The notes below the pieces were generated by a model. It had not been told where the DNA came from and ran no database searches. It saw only the letters and a program-made list of their open reading frames with translations. From Pseudomonadota bacterium (lineage in GTDB: Bacteria > Pseudomonadota > Gammaproteobacteria > JAKAQQ01): 64,000 bases of DNA. Below, piece after piece: positions 1 through 10,501 of this stretch; position 1 is the first letter of the stretch, and the number at the start of each line of letters is the position of its first letter. The translations under genes were made by a program, and so were the position numbers. The stretch spans positions 56,301 to 120,300 of the forward strand of contig JAJZIH010000003.1 in NCBI GenBank assembly GCA_021810635.1. The letters run 5' to 3'.

Positions 1-399
1 GACCTGATCCAAGACCCCGTTGATGAAACGGTAGCTCTCCTCTGCGCCGTATTGCTTGGCCAGCTCCACCGACTCGTTCAGGATGACCGGCACATCCACA
101 TCCGGTGCGAAACCGAGTTCGAAGCACCCCATCCGGAGAATGGCCTTCTCCACCGGGTCAATCTGGGCTGCCGGTCGGTCCAGAAACGGTTCGTACCAAC
201 GATCGAGTTCCCCGGCATGCGACTCGACGCCCTGAATCAGCCACTCGAAGTAGCTCCGGTCGAAAACCCTGGGCTCCTCCGCAATCCAGTCTCTCGCTTC
301 CTCATCCAGGGCGCTGTCGACGAACTGCCTCCAGTAAAGCGCCTGAAGCGCGTGGGCACGGGCCCCGAACCGCCGCCCATGTCCGGATCCCGGGCTCAT
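1..399 (-). CDS. nusB: Transcription antitermination factor NusB (3' end runs off the window)
   Basis: Not in ORF track. Manual translation from ATG 399 (ATGA overlap with ribH stop): MSPGSGHGRRFGARAHALQALY...DVPVILNESVELAKQYGAEESYRFINGVLD, NusB motifs; canonical ribH-nusB order. Confidence 0.93.
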   Translation of the reverse strand, partial: MSPGSGHGRRFGARAHALQALYWRQFVDSALDEEARDWIAEEPRVFDRSYFEWLIQGVESHAGELDRWYEPFLDRPAAQIDPVEKAILRMGCFELGFAPDVDVPVILNESVELAKQYGAEESYRFINGVLDQV

Positions 400-902
400 G
401 TCCGGGACGAATCCGACCGGACCTGCTCACGGAGAGCCATCATCACGAGTGCGGCCTCGGCCGACTCGATCCCCTTGTGCCCGGCCTTCCCGCCGGACCG
501 TTCGAGAGCCTGTTCCCAGGTATCCGTCGTGAGCAGACCCAGAATCACCGGCACGTTCTCGTCAAGCCCCACGGTCATGAGTCCGTCCGTCACGGCCCGT
601 GCCAGATGGCGGTAATGATCGGTTTCCCCGCGGATGACGGCCCCCAGCGCAATCACGGCGTCAGGGCGGTAGCGCCGGACCAAGGCCTGAGCCGCCCACG
701 GCAACTCCCAGGCACCCGGGACCCGGATCAGGATGCGGCGCTCCTCTTTAAGACCCGCCACCTCCAGGGTACCCAGGCAACCGCCCAGCAGGGACTCCAC
801 AATCCCTTCGTTGAACCGGCTGGCTACGATCCCGATCCGAACCATCGGGAACCCGTCGGCCGGGCGGGTCACGGAGGGGGGAGGCGCAAGAGGGCGGGAC
901 AT
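396..902 (-). CDS. ribH: 6,7-dimethyl-8-ribityllumazine synthase
   Basis: RIGIVASRFN, VPGAWELP, LGAVIRGETDHY, QALERSG motifs; start could be 845. Confidence 0.96.
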   Translation of the reverse strand: MSRPLAPPPSVTRPADGFPMVRIGIVASRFNEGIVESLLGGCLGTLEVAGLKEERRILIRVPGAWELPWAAQALVRRYRPDAVIALGAVIRGETDHYRHLARAVTDGLMTVGLDENVPVILGLLTTDTWEQALERSGGKAGHKGIESAEAALVMMALREQVRSDSSRT

Positions 903-968
903 GACCGGGTAACCGGTGATGGAGAGAACGGGAGTTCAGTATAGCGCCCAGAGCGGATCCTGTCTCAA

Positions 969-2081
969 TCAGAGGCTTCCACTGGCGTTTCCGGACAGAT
1001 ATTCGGTCACCTCCAATCCGAATCCGGACAGTCCGAGCATGATTTTGGGAGCCGACAGGACCCGCATCCGGCGAACGCCGAGATCGCGCAGGATCTGGGC
1101 ACCCACCCCGTACGTGCGCAACACTGTGCGGCTTGAGGGGTCCGTTTCCTCCCCGGACCATCCGCCCTCCAGACGCCGGATCAGGGCCAGGGTGTCCTGG
1201 GACGGCCTCAGGACGACGAGAATGCCGTCCTCGCGGGCAATTCGCTCGAGGGCCGCCGCAAGCGGCCAGCCAAAACCCGGACCCGTGAGATGCAGCAGGT
1301 CGGTCAGGGAATTTTCGACGTGGACACGCACCAGAGTGGGCGCCTCGGTCCGGACCGCGCCGTGCCGGAGGGCAAAATGGACCGTCAGTTCCAGGTGATC
1401 CTCATAGGCCACGAGCGTGAACGGCCCGCATTCCGTCATCACTTCCTTCTCGAGGACGCGGGCGACCGTCATTTCACGGGCCATGCGGTAGCGGATCAGA
1501 TCCGCGATCGTCCCGATCCGGAGTCCATGGCGTTGCGCAAAACGTTCGAGCTCGGGGCGGCGGGCCACGCTGCCGTCCTCGTTCAGGATTTCGACAATGG
1601 CCGCCGCAGGCTCGAACCCCGCCAGCCGGGCGAGGTCCGTACTGGCTTCGGTATGTCCGGCCCGGGCCAGGACACCACCGGGTTGCGCCATGATCGGGAA
1701 AATGTGCCCGGGCTGGACGATATCCTGGGGGCCAGCGCCGTCGGCGACGGCGGTCCGGATCGTATGGGCCCGGTCATGGGCGGAAATGCCGGTCGTGACC
1801 CCACGGGCCGCCTCGATCGAGACCGTAAACCGGGTCCCGTAACGGGTCTGGTTGTCCTGGACCATGAGCGGGAGACGCAGCCTCTCGCACCGTTCCCGCG
1901 TCATCGGCAGGCAAACCAGCCCACGCCCGTACTGCAACATGAAATTGATCGCATCGGGCGTGACCTGGCTGGCCGCCAGCATGAGATCCCCTTCATTCTC
2001 GCGGTCCTCATCGTCCATGACGATCACCATCTCGCCGCGGTGGAGCGCCTCGATCAGTTCCTCGGTCGTATTCAGGGCCAC
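969..2081 (-). CDS. ribB: DHBP synthase RibB fused to a degenerate GTP cyclohydrolase II-like domain (RibBX type)
   Basis: [36 protein letters not shown]-domain [16 protein letters not shown] lacks the Zn-binding cysteines; start inferred at GTG 2081. Confidence 0.93.
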   Translation of the reverse strand: MALNTTEELIEALHRGEMVIVMDDEDRENEGDLMLAASQVTPDAINFMLQYGRGLVCLPMTRERCERLRLPLMVQDNQTRYGTRFTVSIEAARGVTTGISAHDRAHTIRTAVADGAGPQDIVQPGHIFPIMAQPGGVLARAGHTEASTDLARLAGFEPAAAIVEILNEDGSVARRPELERFAQRHGLRIGTIADLIRYRMAREMTVARVLEKEVMTECGPFTLVAYEDHLELTVHFALRHGAVRTEAPTLVRVHVENSLTDLLHLTGPGFGWPLAAALERIAREDGILVVLRPSQDTLALIRRLEGGWSGEETDPSSRTVLRTYGVGAQILRDLGVRRMRVLSAPKIMLGLSGFGLEVTEYLSGNASGSL

Positions 2082-2242
2082 GGGAGACTCCAGAAATGGG
2101 TCGGGCACCGGATGGGCCGCCCGCAAAGTGTAGGGCATCTTCCCAATGCCTGCCATTCGCGGGCCCCGTCCACAGGGTTCCCGGCAGACCCGCCGGCAGA
2201 GGGAATCCCTTACACTGGGCGGGAGCCGCGCGGGACCCTCCC

Positions 2243-2728
2243 ATGATCCGACCCATCCAGAGCCACTATCCCGACGAGTGGAGCCACTGTTACGGCTGCG
2301 GCCGCCTCAATGAAAAGGGATATCACATCCAAAGCGTCCAGGGAGAGGCCGGGATCACGGTCTGCGAGTTTCGCCCCGAACCCTGGCATACCGCGCTGCC
2401 GGGTTACGTCTATGGTGGTCTTCTGGCCTCGGTCATCGACTGCCATGCGACCGGGACTGCAGCCGCCCACGCGCACCGGCTGGAGGAGGAACACGAGCGG
2501 CATCCCTACCCGCGTTTCGTCACCGCCTCCCTCACCATCGACTTTCTCAAGCCGACCCCGCTGGCCCCGTTCCGGGTCGAGGGCAGGATTCTGGAACACC
2601 AGGGGCGTCGGATTGTCGTGGCCTGCACGGTCGGGGGGGGTGCCCACCTCCTCAAGACGGTCGAGGCCCGAATCACCGTGGTCCGCATCCCGGACAGCGG
2701 ATGGCCGGCGACGGCCTCCCTGGGCTGA
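2243..2728 (+). CDS. PaaI/hotdog-fold thioesterase family protein
   Basis: HCYGCG, GYVYGGLLASVIDCH, FVTASLTIDFLKPTP; start ATG 2243. Confidence 0.85.
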   Translation: MIRPIQSHYPDEWSHCYGCGRLNEKGYHIQSVQGEAGITVCEFRPEPWHTALPGYVYGGLLASVIDCHATGTAAAHAHRLEEEHERHPYPRFVTASLTIDFLKPTPLAPFRVEGRILEHQGRRIVVACTVGGGAHLLKTVEARITVVRIPDSGWPATASLG

Positions 2729-2745
2729 GCCGGGGAAGCCGTCCC

Positions 2746-3426
2746 GTGTCCCCTCATGTGCTCCTTTCGATCCTCAATCTCGGTCCCGCTTTCACCCACC
2801 TGGTCCATGCGTACCGCGCCTGGGTCTACCCGGTCCTATTCCTCATTCTCTTTGCCGAGACCGGGCTCGTGATCCTGCCGTTCCTGCCCGGGGATTCCCT
2901 GCTTCTGGTGGCCGGCACACTGGTCGCCCAGGGCACCCTGTCGGCAGCGCCGGCGCTGATCGCCCTGTTGTCGGGCGCCATTTTGGGCAATCTGTCCAAC
3001 TATGTTCTAGGCACCTGGGCCGGGCCCAAGGTCTTCCACAATGAACGGTCACGCTGGTTCAACCCCCGTCACCTCCACGAAGCCCGTGATTTTTTCCAGC
3101 GTTACGGGGCTTCCACGATCGTGATCGGCCGTCTCATTCCGATCATCCGCACGTTCGTTCCCTTTGTGGCTGGAATCGGACGGATGAGCTGGCCGCGTTT
3201 CCTGATCTACACGCTCTTGGGCGGCGGTCTCTGGGTCGGATTGCTTTTCGGTGCCGGCTATTCCTTCGGGAATGTGCCCGTGGTGCGCGCGAACCTTCCC
3301 TGGGGTCTCCTGGCCATCGGGGTGCTCTCGGTCATTCCCGTGGCCGTGCACGGGCTCCGGAGGCGCCGGCGCGGGAAGGTATTCCGGAAGCCCGACCCAA
3401 TCGCGCCGGGGGCTCAGGATTCCTGA
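2746..3426 (+). CDS. DedA/VTT family membrane protein
   Basis: LFAETGLVILPFLPGDSLL, GRLIPIIRTFVPFVAG. Confidence 0.93.
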   Translation: MSPHVLLSILNLGPAFTHLVHAYRAWVYPVLFLILFAETGLVILPFLPGDSLLLVAGTLVAQGTLSAAPALIALLSGAILGNLSNYVLGTWAGPKVFHNERSRWFNPRHLHEARDFFQRYGASTIVIGRLIPIIRTFVPFVAGIGRMSWPRFLIYTLLGGGLWVGLLFGAGYSFGNVPVVRANLPWGLLAIGVLSVIPVAVHGLRRRRRGKVFRKPDPIAPGAQDS

Positions 3427-3959
3427 CGGGAGAACCGCGGGGCGGCGGCCTTGCCGGGGCCACGGACCGGCAGGCCGGCCCCCGGACCCGGCGCCGTGTT
3501 CTGCATCTCGAGCACGACCCGCCAGTGGCCAGCATGACGTTTCCACAGCGTGACATAACTGCCGTAAATGACGGTGGGATGACCACTCGTCGTCCGTCCA
3601 GTCACCTTGTAATCCCCCCAACTCATCCCGAGCCGCCCCCGCTTCGTAGACAGGGCGCGGTACGGATACCAGGTCAGGTGGGAGGGCACTCCTGGCGGGA
3701 GCTCGGAAAGAATCCGGTGTCGGCCGTGGATGGGCTCGGCCCGCGCGGCGATGAGTAGGGCGTTGGGAAGAAAGTACCGATGGTAGGCCCACGGCAGGCC
3801 ATGGTCGACGGCGGCCCGGGCAAAAGCCCGATCCGTTTTCAGGATCGAGAGTTCACGCGAACGGCGCACCATCTGAGGGGAGGACGTACATCCGCCCAGA
3901 AGCAGCCCCGTGCCAACCAGCAATAGAAAGGGCACGTCCTTTTTGAATCTTGGCGTCAC
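3414..3959 (-). CDS. Putative lipoprotein, NTF2-like/DUF4440 (YybH) family
   Basis: Lipobox LLGGC after hydrophobic stretch; DRAFA, G.SWGDY, YGSYVTLWKR..G.WRVVL pattern; start inferred. Confidence 0.7.
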   Translation of the reverse strand: MTPRFKKDVPFLLLVGTGLLLGGCTSSPQMVRRSRELSILKTDRAFARAAVDHGLPWAYHRYFLPNALLIAARAEPIHGRHRILSELPPGVPSHLTWYPYRALSTKRGRLGMSWGDYKVTGRTTSGHPTVIYGSYVTLWKRHAGHWRVVLEMQNTAPGPGAGLPVRGPGKAAAPRFSRQES

Positions 3960-4507
3960 GGCGAACTCGACCGGCCAGCGGGAACTCCCCTCCGGCATTA
4001 TAGGCATTATATCGGGAATCCGCACGTGAGCCAACGGGGCCGGGGCATGGCCAGTCCCGGGTCCCGCCCTCCTCCCCCACGCGCGCCCGAGCGAGGAAGC
4101 GGGCCATGAAACGCTTTGGGTCCGGGCCAAGGCCAATGCAATGGTCCGCTCGCCCGATCGACCGGAGGCCGTCCGTCATCGGCCGCATCGTGCGCGAAAC
4201 CTTCCCCGGTGGGGTCGGCATCAACACCACCCGGCTCCGGTCCCTCCACGGCGGCCTGCTATTCGAGGCGTCGGCGAATCCGGCATCGGCAACGGCCACT
4301 GATTTTTCGGCTTCCGGGCCTTCAACCACGAACGTGCGATCCTCGGGGACCGGCTGCACTCGTCCGGTTTTTGTGTCCGCCCGACACCCGGCGGGTCCGC
4401 AAACGGATCGACGCGCTCCGGAAACTGGCCTGACCGGTACGGATCCGCCCCGCCCCGCCATCCTCTCGAGGTTTGCATCACCCGGTAGAGGCCGCTAGAC
4501 TGAAATC

Positions 4508-5455
4508 ATGGCCCTCACCCTCGCCCCGCGACCCCACAGCAACTCCCACGCCCGGCTTCACCACGTCCTGACGGAGCTTTCGTCGATTCTGGTCGGAAAG
4601 GACGAAAAAATCCGCCTGGCCCTGACCTGCCTTTTAGCTGGCGGTCACCTTCTGATCGAGGACATTCCCGGGGTGGGCAAGACGCTTTTGGCCCGGGCCC
4701 TGGCGCGCATCCTGGGACTACCCTTCCACCGCATCCAGTTCACGAGCGATCTCCTGCCGGCGGATATCATCGGCGCCTCGGTTTTCGACCCCGAGACGCG
4801 CACCTTCCGGTTCGATCCGGGTCCGCTGTTCACCTCGCTCCTGCTCGCCGACGAAATCAACCGCGCCACTCCCCGCACCCAAAGCGCGCTCCTCGAGGCC
4901 ATGGAGGAAAACCAGGTGACCGTCGAGGGCGAAACCCGCCCCCTGCCCCGGCCTTTTTTTGTCATCGCCACGGAAAACCCCCTGCAGCAGGCCGGAACTT
5001 ACCCGTTGCCAGAGTCCCAGCTGGACCGGTTCCTCATGTGCCTCACGCTCGGCTACCCGGATCCCGAATCCGAAGCCCGGCTCTGGCGGGGGCTGGATCC
5101 CGAACAACACCTGAACCAGCTCAACCCAATCCTCGATGCGGACGAGGTACGGTCCCTGCAGGCGCAGATCGAAGCCCTGCCGGTGGCCAATCCCGTGATT
5201 GCCTATCTCGGCCAGCTCATCACGCGAAGCCGAGAGTCCGGGCAGTTCGACTGGGGGCTCTCCCCGCGCGGCGGGCTGGCTCTTCTCTCCGCCGCCAAGG
5301 CCCACGCCTGGCTCGCCGGTCACAGCAGCCTCTGGCCCGACGATCTTCAGGCCGTTTTCTGCGCGGTCACCGCGCACCGGCTGGAGCCGGGCCGCGCAAC
5401 GCTCGCCCGGCGCGAATCGATCGAGTCGTTCCTGCGCACCGTCCCCGTTCCCTGA
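4508..5455 (+). CDS. moxR: MoxR family AAA+ ATPase
   Basis: GHLLIEDIPGVGKT, RIQFTSDLLPADI, LLADEINRA, SALLEAMEE, PLPESQLDRF. Confidence 0.96.
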   Translation: MALTLAPRPHSNSHARLHHVLTELSSILVGKDEKIRLALTCLLAGGHLLIEDIPGVGKTLLARALARILGLPFHRIQFTSDLLPADIIGASVFDPETRTFRFDPGPLFTSLLLADEINRATPRTQSALLEAMEENQVTVEGETRPLPRPFFVIATENPLQQAGTYPLPESQLDRFLMCLTLGYPDPESEARLWRGLDPEQHLNQLNPILDADEVRSLQAQIEALPVANPVIAYLGQLITRSRESGQFDWGLSPRGGLALLSAAKAHAWLAGHSSLWPDDLQAVFCAVTAHRLEPGRATLARRESIESFLRTVPVP

Positions 5456-5463
5456 GGATCCCC

Positions 5464-6444
5464 ATGGCAAAACCGATCCTCCGACCCCGACAGGAGTGGC
5501 CGGATGCGGCCCCCATCCCAGCCGGCGCTCACGACCCCACGTCCCGCCCAGTGCACGCCATCCGTTACCGCAAGACCTATATCCTCCCCACCCCCTTCGG
5601 CCTGTCCTTCGCGCTCATGCTGGCCGCCCTTTTTCTCGGCGCCATGAACTACAACAACAACATGGCCTTCCTGCTCACCTTCCTGCTGGCCGGAATCGCC
5701 CTCCTCAGCATGTCGCGGGTCCACGGCAATCTGGTCGGACTCGTCATCCATCCCACCGATCCGGCACCCGTTTTCGCCGGCGAGACGCTGTACCTGGCCA
5801 TCACCATCGAAAATCCCAGGGCCCTCCACCGCCGCGGCCTCGTTCTGCGTGGCTCCCGCGGATCCGAACCCGGAAAGGCGGTCGACCTCCCGGCCCACGG
5901 CTCGACCGTCCTCACCGTGTCCGTGCCGACCCGGACACGCGGATGGCTTACCCTGACCCACCTGCGCCTCGAGTCACGCCAGCCCTTCGGACTCTTCGTG
6001 GCCTGGGCCCCACTGCCGCAGTCACAACGGGTTCTGGTCTACCCCGCCCCGGCCCACCCCCCCCGCCCCCTTCCACCCGCAGCCGGATCCGTGCCGGGGC
6101 GGCCAGCCCCGCCCAACGTCGATGATTTCCAGGGATTGCGGAAATACCGGCCCGGCGATGCCCGCCGCCACATCCACTGGCCGGCCTACGCGCGGGGGCG
6201 CGGACTCCTCACGAAGCGCTTCGAGACCCCCCCGGCCGAACCCCGCCTGTTGCGCTGGCAGGATGCCCCGGGCAGCGTGGAAGAACGGCTGTCCCATCTG
6301 ACCCGCTGGATCCTTGAACTCGAGTCCGCCGCTTGTCCCTACGGGCTCGTGCTGCCCAACGCGCAAGAACCCCCGCAATGCAACCCCCGCCATCACCAAC
6401 GTTGTCTCACAGCACTGGCCCTCTACCCGGAGCCGCCCCCGTGA
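5464..6444 (+). CDS. DUF58 domain protein
   Basis: YILPT.FG, GAMNYNNN, DDFQGLRKYRPGD..RHIHW; follows moxR. Confidence 0.92.
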   Translation: MAKPILRPRQEWPDAAPIPAGAHDPTSRPVHAIRYRKTYILPTPFGLSFALMLAALFLGAMNYNNNMAFLLTFLLAGIALLSMSRVHGNLVGLVIHPTDPAPVFAGETLYLAITIENPRALHRRGLVLRGSRGSEPGKAVDLPAHGSTVLTVSVPTRTRGWLTLTHLRLESRQPFGLFVAWAPLPQSQRVLVYPAPAHPPRPLPPAAGSVPGRPAPPNVDDFQGLRKYRPGDARRHIHWPAYARGRGLLTKRFETPPAEPRLLRWQDAPGSVEERLSHLTRWILELESAACPYGLVLPNAQEPPQCNPRHHQRCLTALALYPEPPP

Positions 6445-8456
6445 GACCGTGGCGCTCCGGGGCGGATCCCGTCGGCCCCGCCCGCTCTCCTTTGCCCGGA
6501 CTTTTCATCGCGCTCGGCCTCGTTTGGCTTCCCCTGTTCCGCGAACTGCCAGCCTGGATGGTCGGGGCCGCTTTCCTGCTCCTGATCGCTCGCTGGCGCC
6601 TGCCGTGGCCTGGGAAGCGCCCGTTGTTCTGGATCCGCCTGCTCCTGATCGGTGCGGGGCTCGTCCTGGTTTTGGCCACCTTTCATGGATTGAACGGAGC
6701 CCTCCCGGGTGCCGCACTCCTCCTGCTCATGGCCTCCCTCAAGGCCCTCGAAAGCACCTCGATGCGGGATCTCCGGATTCTCGTGCTGATCGGCTATTTT
6801 GAAATTGGTGCCGATTTCTTCCTGAGCCAGGCGCCGCTCCTCGCCCTGTACCTCGCCATCGTCACGCTGTTCCTCACGACGACGTGGCTGGGATTCGAAT
6901 CCCCACCGGATGCAAGAGGACCGTGGTCCGCCTGGCCGGAAGCCTTGAGCTACCTGGCGCGGGCCCTGCCCACCGCCCTCATTCTCTTTTTCATCGTCCC
7001 CCGGATCCCGGGCCCGCTCTGGGGGCTCGGCCCCACCTCGACCCATCCGCTCGGGCTGCCCCGCCATCTCGATCCCGGTTCCCTGAGCCGGATCGTCCTC
7101 TCCCACCGGATCGTTTTCAGGATCCATTATCTGGGCCCGCCACCCCCCCGCGGCGAGCGCTACTTCCGTGGTCCGGTGTTCAACCGCTTCACCGGAACCA
7201 CCTGGCTACCCGGGCGGACGGCCCGGCTCCCCCCACCCCGCGCCACGCACCTCCATGGCCCGACCTACCACTACCGGATCACGCTGGAACCGACCGGAAC
7301 CCGTGCGCTTTACGCTCTTGATTTCCCGGTCGATTGGTCCATCGGCGCCCGTCTCAACTCGCTCTTCGAACTGAGAACGCCCTTCCCGATCCGCCATCTG
7401 ACCCGGTATGAGGCCATCTCCGATCCCGGCCTCCGCATGGAGCACCTGCCTGCCATGACCCGGATGCGCGACTTGGCCCTGCCTTCCGGAGCGAATCCCA
7501 GGAGCCGGGCCCTCGCCCTCCAATGGCGGAAAGAAAATCCCAGTCCCTCGGCCATCGTGGCCCGGGCCCTGTCCTACTTCCATGACCGGCCGTTCTACTA
7601 CACGCTGCACCCGCCCCGTCTCACCCCGGTCAATCCGATCGATGATTTCCTCTTCCGGACTCGGCGCGGGTTCTGCCAGCACTACGCTTCTGCTTTCGCT
7701 TTTCTCATGCGCGCAGCCGGCATCCCGGCCCGCGTCGTCGCCGGCTTTGTCGGCGGGCACGACAATGCCGTCGGGGATTTTTACGTGATCCGCGAATCGG
7801 ATGCCCACGCCTGGGACGAAGTCTGGATCCACGGCCGGGGCTGGACGCGCGTGGATCCCACCCAGGCGGTCGCGGCCAGCCGGGTCAGCCCAGGCACCCG
7901 GGCCCTCCTGTCGGGCCGCCTCCGCCTGGCCGGACTGGAGTTGCCCGACCAGGGACTCTGGCTCCGGCTGCGGACCAACTGGGATGCCTTCGACGCTCTC
8001 TGGGACCGCTGGGTCCTGGCTTATGACTCCCGACTCCAGCGACGGATTCTCAACGACATGGGGTTCGGAGTGGAGCAGACGGCCGAGTGGCTTGGATTCA
8101 TCCTGCTGGCACTCGGTTTCCCTTTCCTGTTGAGCCGCCTGCGGTGGCCGGACCGGTCCCGAACCTCGAGGCGGGCCGAGGAAAAGGCGTGGCGCGCCAT
8201 TCTCCGCCGGATGCGGCCCTGGGGTGAACCTTGGCCGTGGGAGCCACCCATGGCATTCGCCGTCCGCCTGAGCGGTCGGCTCGTTCCCGTGAAAAGCCAG
8301 GACTTGCTGTCCCTGGCCCATCACTACTCCGATCTCCACTACCGGAACGATCCCCCGTCCGAAGAGGTCCGCCGCTTTACCGATCAGGCGGCTCGCTACG
8401 ACCCCGGCTCGGGCCCGGACCCGGCGAAGCCGGGCCCTGCCGGGAAGCTGGGTTAA
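6441..8456 (+). CDS. DUF3488 plus transglutaminase-like membrane protein (TgpA family)
   Basis: N-terminal TM helices; GFCQHYASAFAFLMRAAGIPARVV, DAHAWDEV, W.RVDPT Cys-His-Asp triad; start GTG overlaps DUF58 stop. Confidence 0.93.
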   Translation: MRPWRSGADPVGPARSPLPGLFIALGLVWLPLFRELPAWMVGAAFLLLIARWRLPWPGKRPLFWIRLLLIGAGLVLVLATFHGLNGALPGAALLLLMASLKALESTSMRDLRILVLIGYFEIGADFFLSQAPLLALYLAIVTLFLTTTWLGFESPPDARGPWSAWPEALSYLARALPTALILFFIVPRIPGPLWGLGPTSTHPLGLPRHLDPGSLSRIVLSHRIVFRIHYLGPPPPRGERYFRGPVFNRFTGTTWLPGRTARLPPPRATHLHGPTYHYRITLEPTGTRALYALDFPVDWSIGARLNSLFELRTPFPIRHLTRYEAISDPGLRMEHLPAMTRMRDLALPSGANPRSRALALQWRKENPSPSAIVARALSYFHDRPFYYTLHPPRLTPVNPIDDFLFRTRRGFCQHYASAFAFLMRAAGIPARVVAGFVGGHDNAVGDFYVIRESDAHAWDEVWIHGRGWTRVDPTQAVAASRVSPGTRALLSGRLRLAGLELPDQGLWLRLRTNWDAFDALWDRWVLAYDSRLQRRILNDMGFGVEQTAEWLGFILLALGFPFLLSRLRWPDRSRTSRRAEEKAWRAILRRMRPWGEPWPWEPPMAFAVRLSGRLVPVKSQDLLSLAHHYSDLHYRNDPPSEEVRRFTDQAARYDPGSGPDPAKPGPAGKLG

Positions 8457-8485
8457 CGGGGATCCCAGGAATCGGGCGGAGGGGC

Positions 8486-9284
8486 TAGCACCGACCAGTT
8501 GTGACATTCGCTGGACCTTGGCCCAGGTAGCCGGTCCATCGTCCCGTTTCCACTTCCCGCTCATCGAACCGCGCGGGCACCGCTCTTGATATGCGCATAA
8601 ATAATGTCCTACACTGTCTTCCGCGGGTGGGCGTGGATCGGCGCAGCGTGCGGCGCTGGAAAGCCGTGTGGCGGCGCGGCGTTGAAAGCCAAGCCCACGC
8701 CGGGGCGCCCCGCAAAACTCGACGAGGGCCAACGCAAGCAATTGGAACGCTGGCTGCTGAAGGGAGCGCAGACTGTGTTTGCCAGCGATCGTTGGACCTG
8801 CCAGCGGGTGGCGGCGCTGATCGAGCGGCGGCTGGGAGTAGCGTACCACGCCCGACAGGTGCCGCGCGTGCTACGCTCGCTGGGGTGGGCGCTCCAGAGG
8901 CCCGCACGCCGGGCGGTGGAGCGTGATGAGGTGGCCATCCAGCACTGGATCAAGCATGACTGGCCGAGGGGAAAAAACGCCCGGCGGCTGAACGCCTGGA
9001 TCGCGATCGGGTGCGGACGTATTTCCGTCTGTACCCGGACACCGACCTGGCACGGCGAGGAAGTCATCGCCTTTCTGCAGGCGCTCAAGCGTCACCTAGG
9101 CACGGGGTATCTGGTTTGGGATCATCTGCAGGCCCATCGAGCAGGTCCCACTCCGGGCTTTCTCGATCGGACACCGGCGATTCGTCAAACGTACTTTCCC
9201 TCGTACGCACCCGGGCTCAATCCGGTTGAATCCGGCTGGAACTGGCCCGTGCAATCCGGTTCGGCTCAAACCGAGATTGCATGA
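8486..9284 (+). mobile_element. IS630-family element, degenerate (winged HTH plus partial DDE)
   Basis: WTCQRVA..IERRLGVAYH...LRSLGW..QRPARRAVERDE; VWDHLQAH; PSYAPGLNPVE; first catalytic Asp segment is missing; left boundary approximate. Confidence 0.85.
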
Positions 9285-9514
9285 ATACTTTTATCGCAAC
9301 CGCACCATAACGGATTCCGGGTGCAGGAACGGCTTTTGGCAACCGCTGCAGTTGCACGAAATCCTTGTTTGTGTCAAGGTAAACGGCCTGTTCCGATCGA
9401 TCCATGGAATTCTCGCATGAGCCATCCAACGATCTTGAAGGATGTGCTTTGGGGATTTCGCCCATCTCAGACGAGGATCGCTTCTTTTTCGTGACACCCA
9501 TCTCGGCAACGTCA

Positions 9515-10501
9515 ATGACCCGCATGAAAATTTTGCTCCCAGTAGCCGCCAGCCTCTTACTGGCCGGTGTCGCCGGTGCCATGACGCGAGGGTTGCCCGT
9601 GACGGTGGCGACCGTCAAACCCGCACGGTGGCACAGGCTCTTTCACACGCTGGCCAGAATTCGCAGCAATAACCAGATCACCTTGACAGCGCCGGTCGGG
9701 GGCCGGGTTCAGGGCCCCTTCCGGCGACCGGGTCTTGTCCAGGCCGGTGCGATCCTGATGCGGATCGCACCGGTTGGCCTGCATGCCCAAATCGCGGCTG
9801 CCCGAGCCCAGGAGCTCTACGCGCGCACCAAACTGGCACGCTACAGCCGCCTTCTTTCGCGAGGACTTGTTGCACGCGAGTTGGTGGACAATCTGAGACT
9901 CGCGCTTGCTGAAGCCCGGGGTCAACTGCGCTCGCTTAAGGCGGAGGCCGCAGCCCAGACCCTGCGCGCACCCTTCTCGGGGACCCTTCGGTATCTCGTC
10001 GCCCCAGGGGCCATCGTTCCAACCGCCCTGCCGATCATGACCCTGATGGGCCGCGGGCGAATCTGGGCCGAAGCGCTGGCCCCTCCCACTGTCTCAAGAC
10101 GAATCCATGCCGGCGGCCGAGTGTTTCTGAATACCGGTCACTGGCAGGGTGTGGGGACCATCCGCAATATCGGCAATCGCGCGAGCCACTATGGTTTGGT
10201 GCGTGTTTATATCGACCTTCCCTTGGCCGATCCTTTGCTGCCGGGGCAGTGGCTCCATTGCGAGATTCCTGTCGAGTCCGGACACGCGTTTCGCCTGCCC
10301 GTACAAGCTATCGTCATGCGGGGCAATCGCAGCTTTGTATTCATTGTCCAGCAGGGTCGGGCCGTTCCAGTGCCCGTTAAACTTCTGACCAGTCATCAAA
10401 GCGAGGCCTTTGTTCAGGGGTTGTTGCATGGGGGGGAGGAGGTCATTGTGACCGGCAACACACGACTCAGTCCGGGGAGCGCAGTCGAGATTACCCACTG
10501 A
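9515..10501 (+). CDS. RND efflux periplasmic adaptor (membrane fusion protein)
   Basis: Signal/anchor, lipoyl halves TAPVGGRV and RAPFSGTL around a coiled hairpin, LLPGQ, GL..GEEVIVTG. Confidence 0.88.
   Translation: MTRMKILLPVAASLLLAGVAGAMTRGLPVTVATVKPARWHRLFHTLARIRSNNQITLTAPVGGRVQGPFRRPGLVQAGAILMRIAPVGLHAQIAAARAQELYARTKLARYSRLLSRGLVARELVDNLRLALAEARGQLRSLKAEAAAQTLRAPFSGTLRYLVAPGAIVPTALPIMTLMGRGRIWAEALAPPTVSRRIHAGGRVFLNTGHWQGVGTIRNIGNRASHYGLVRVYIDLPLADPLLPGQWLHCEIPVESGHAFRLPVQAIVMRGNRSFVFIVQQGRAVPVPVKLLTSHQSEAFVQGLLHGGEEVIVTGNTRLSPGSAVEITH

Noticed and set aside
2085..2240. Possible FMN riboswitch upstream of ribB (fragments TTCCC, CCGGCGG, GCCCGCGA, ATCCGGTG, CCGAC on - strand)
   Set aside because: Spacing and the terminal AGGGC.GGG / GGATG.GAG elements do not fit; such words are expected by chance in GC-rich DNA. 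An Rfam scan would settle it.
4508..8456. MoxR-DUF58-transglutaminase as a novel system
   Set aside because: A widespread, already recognised gene triad
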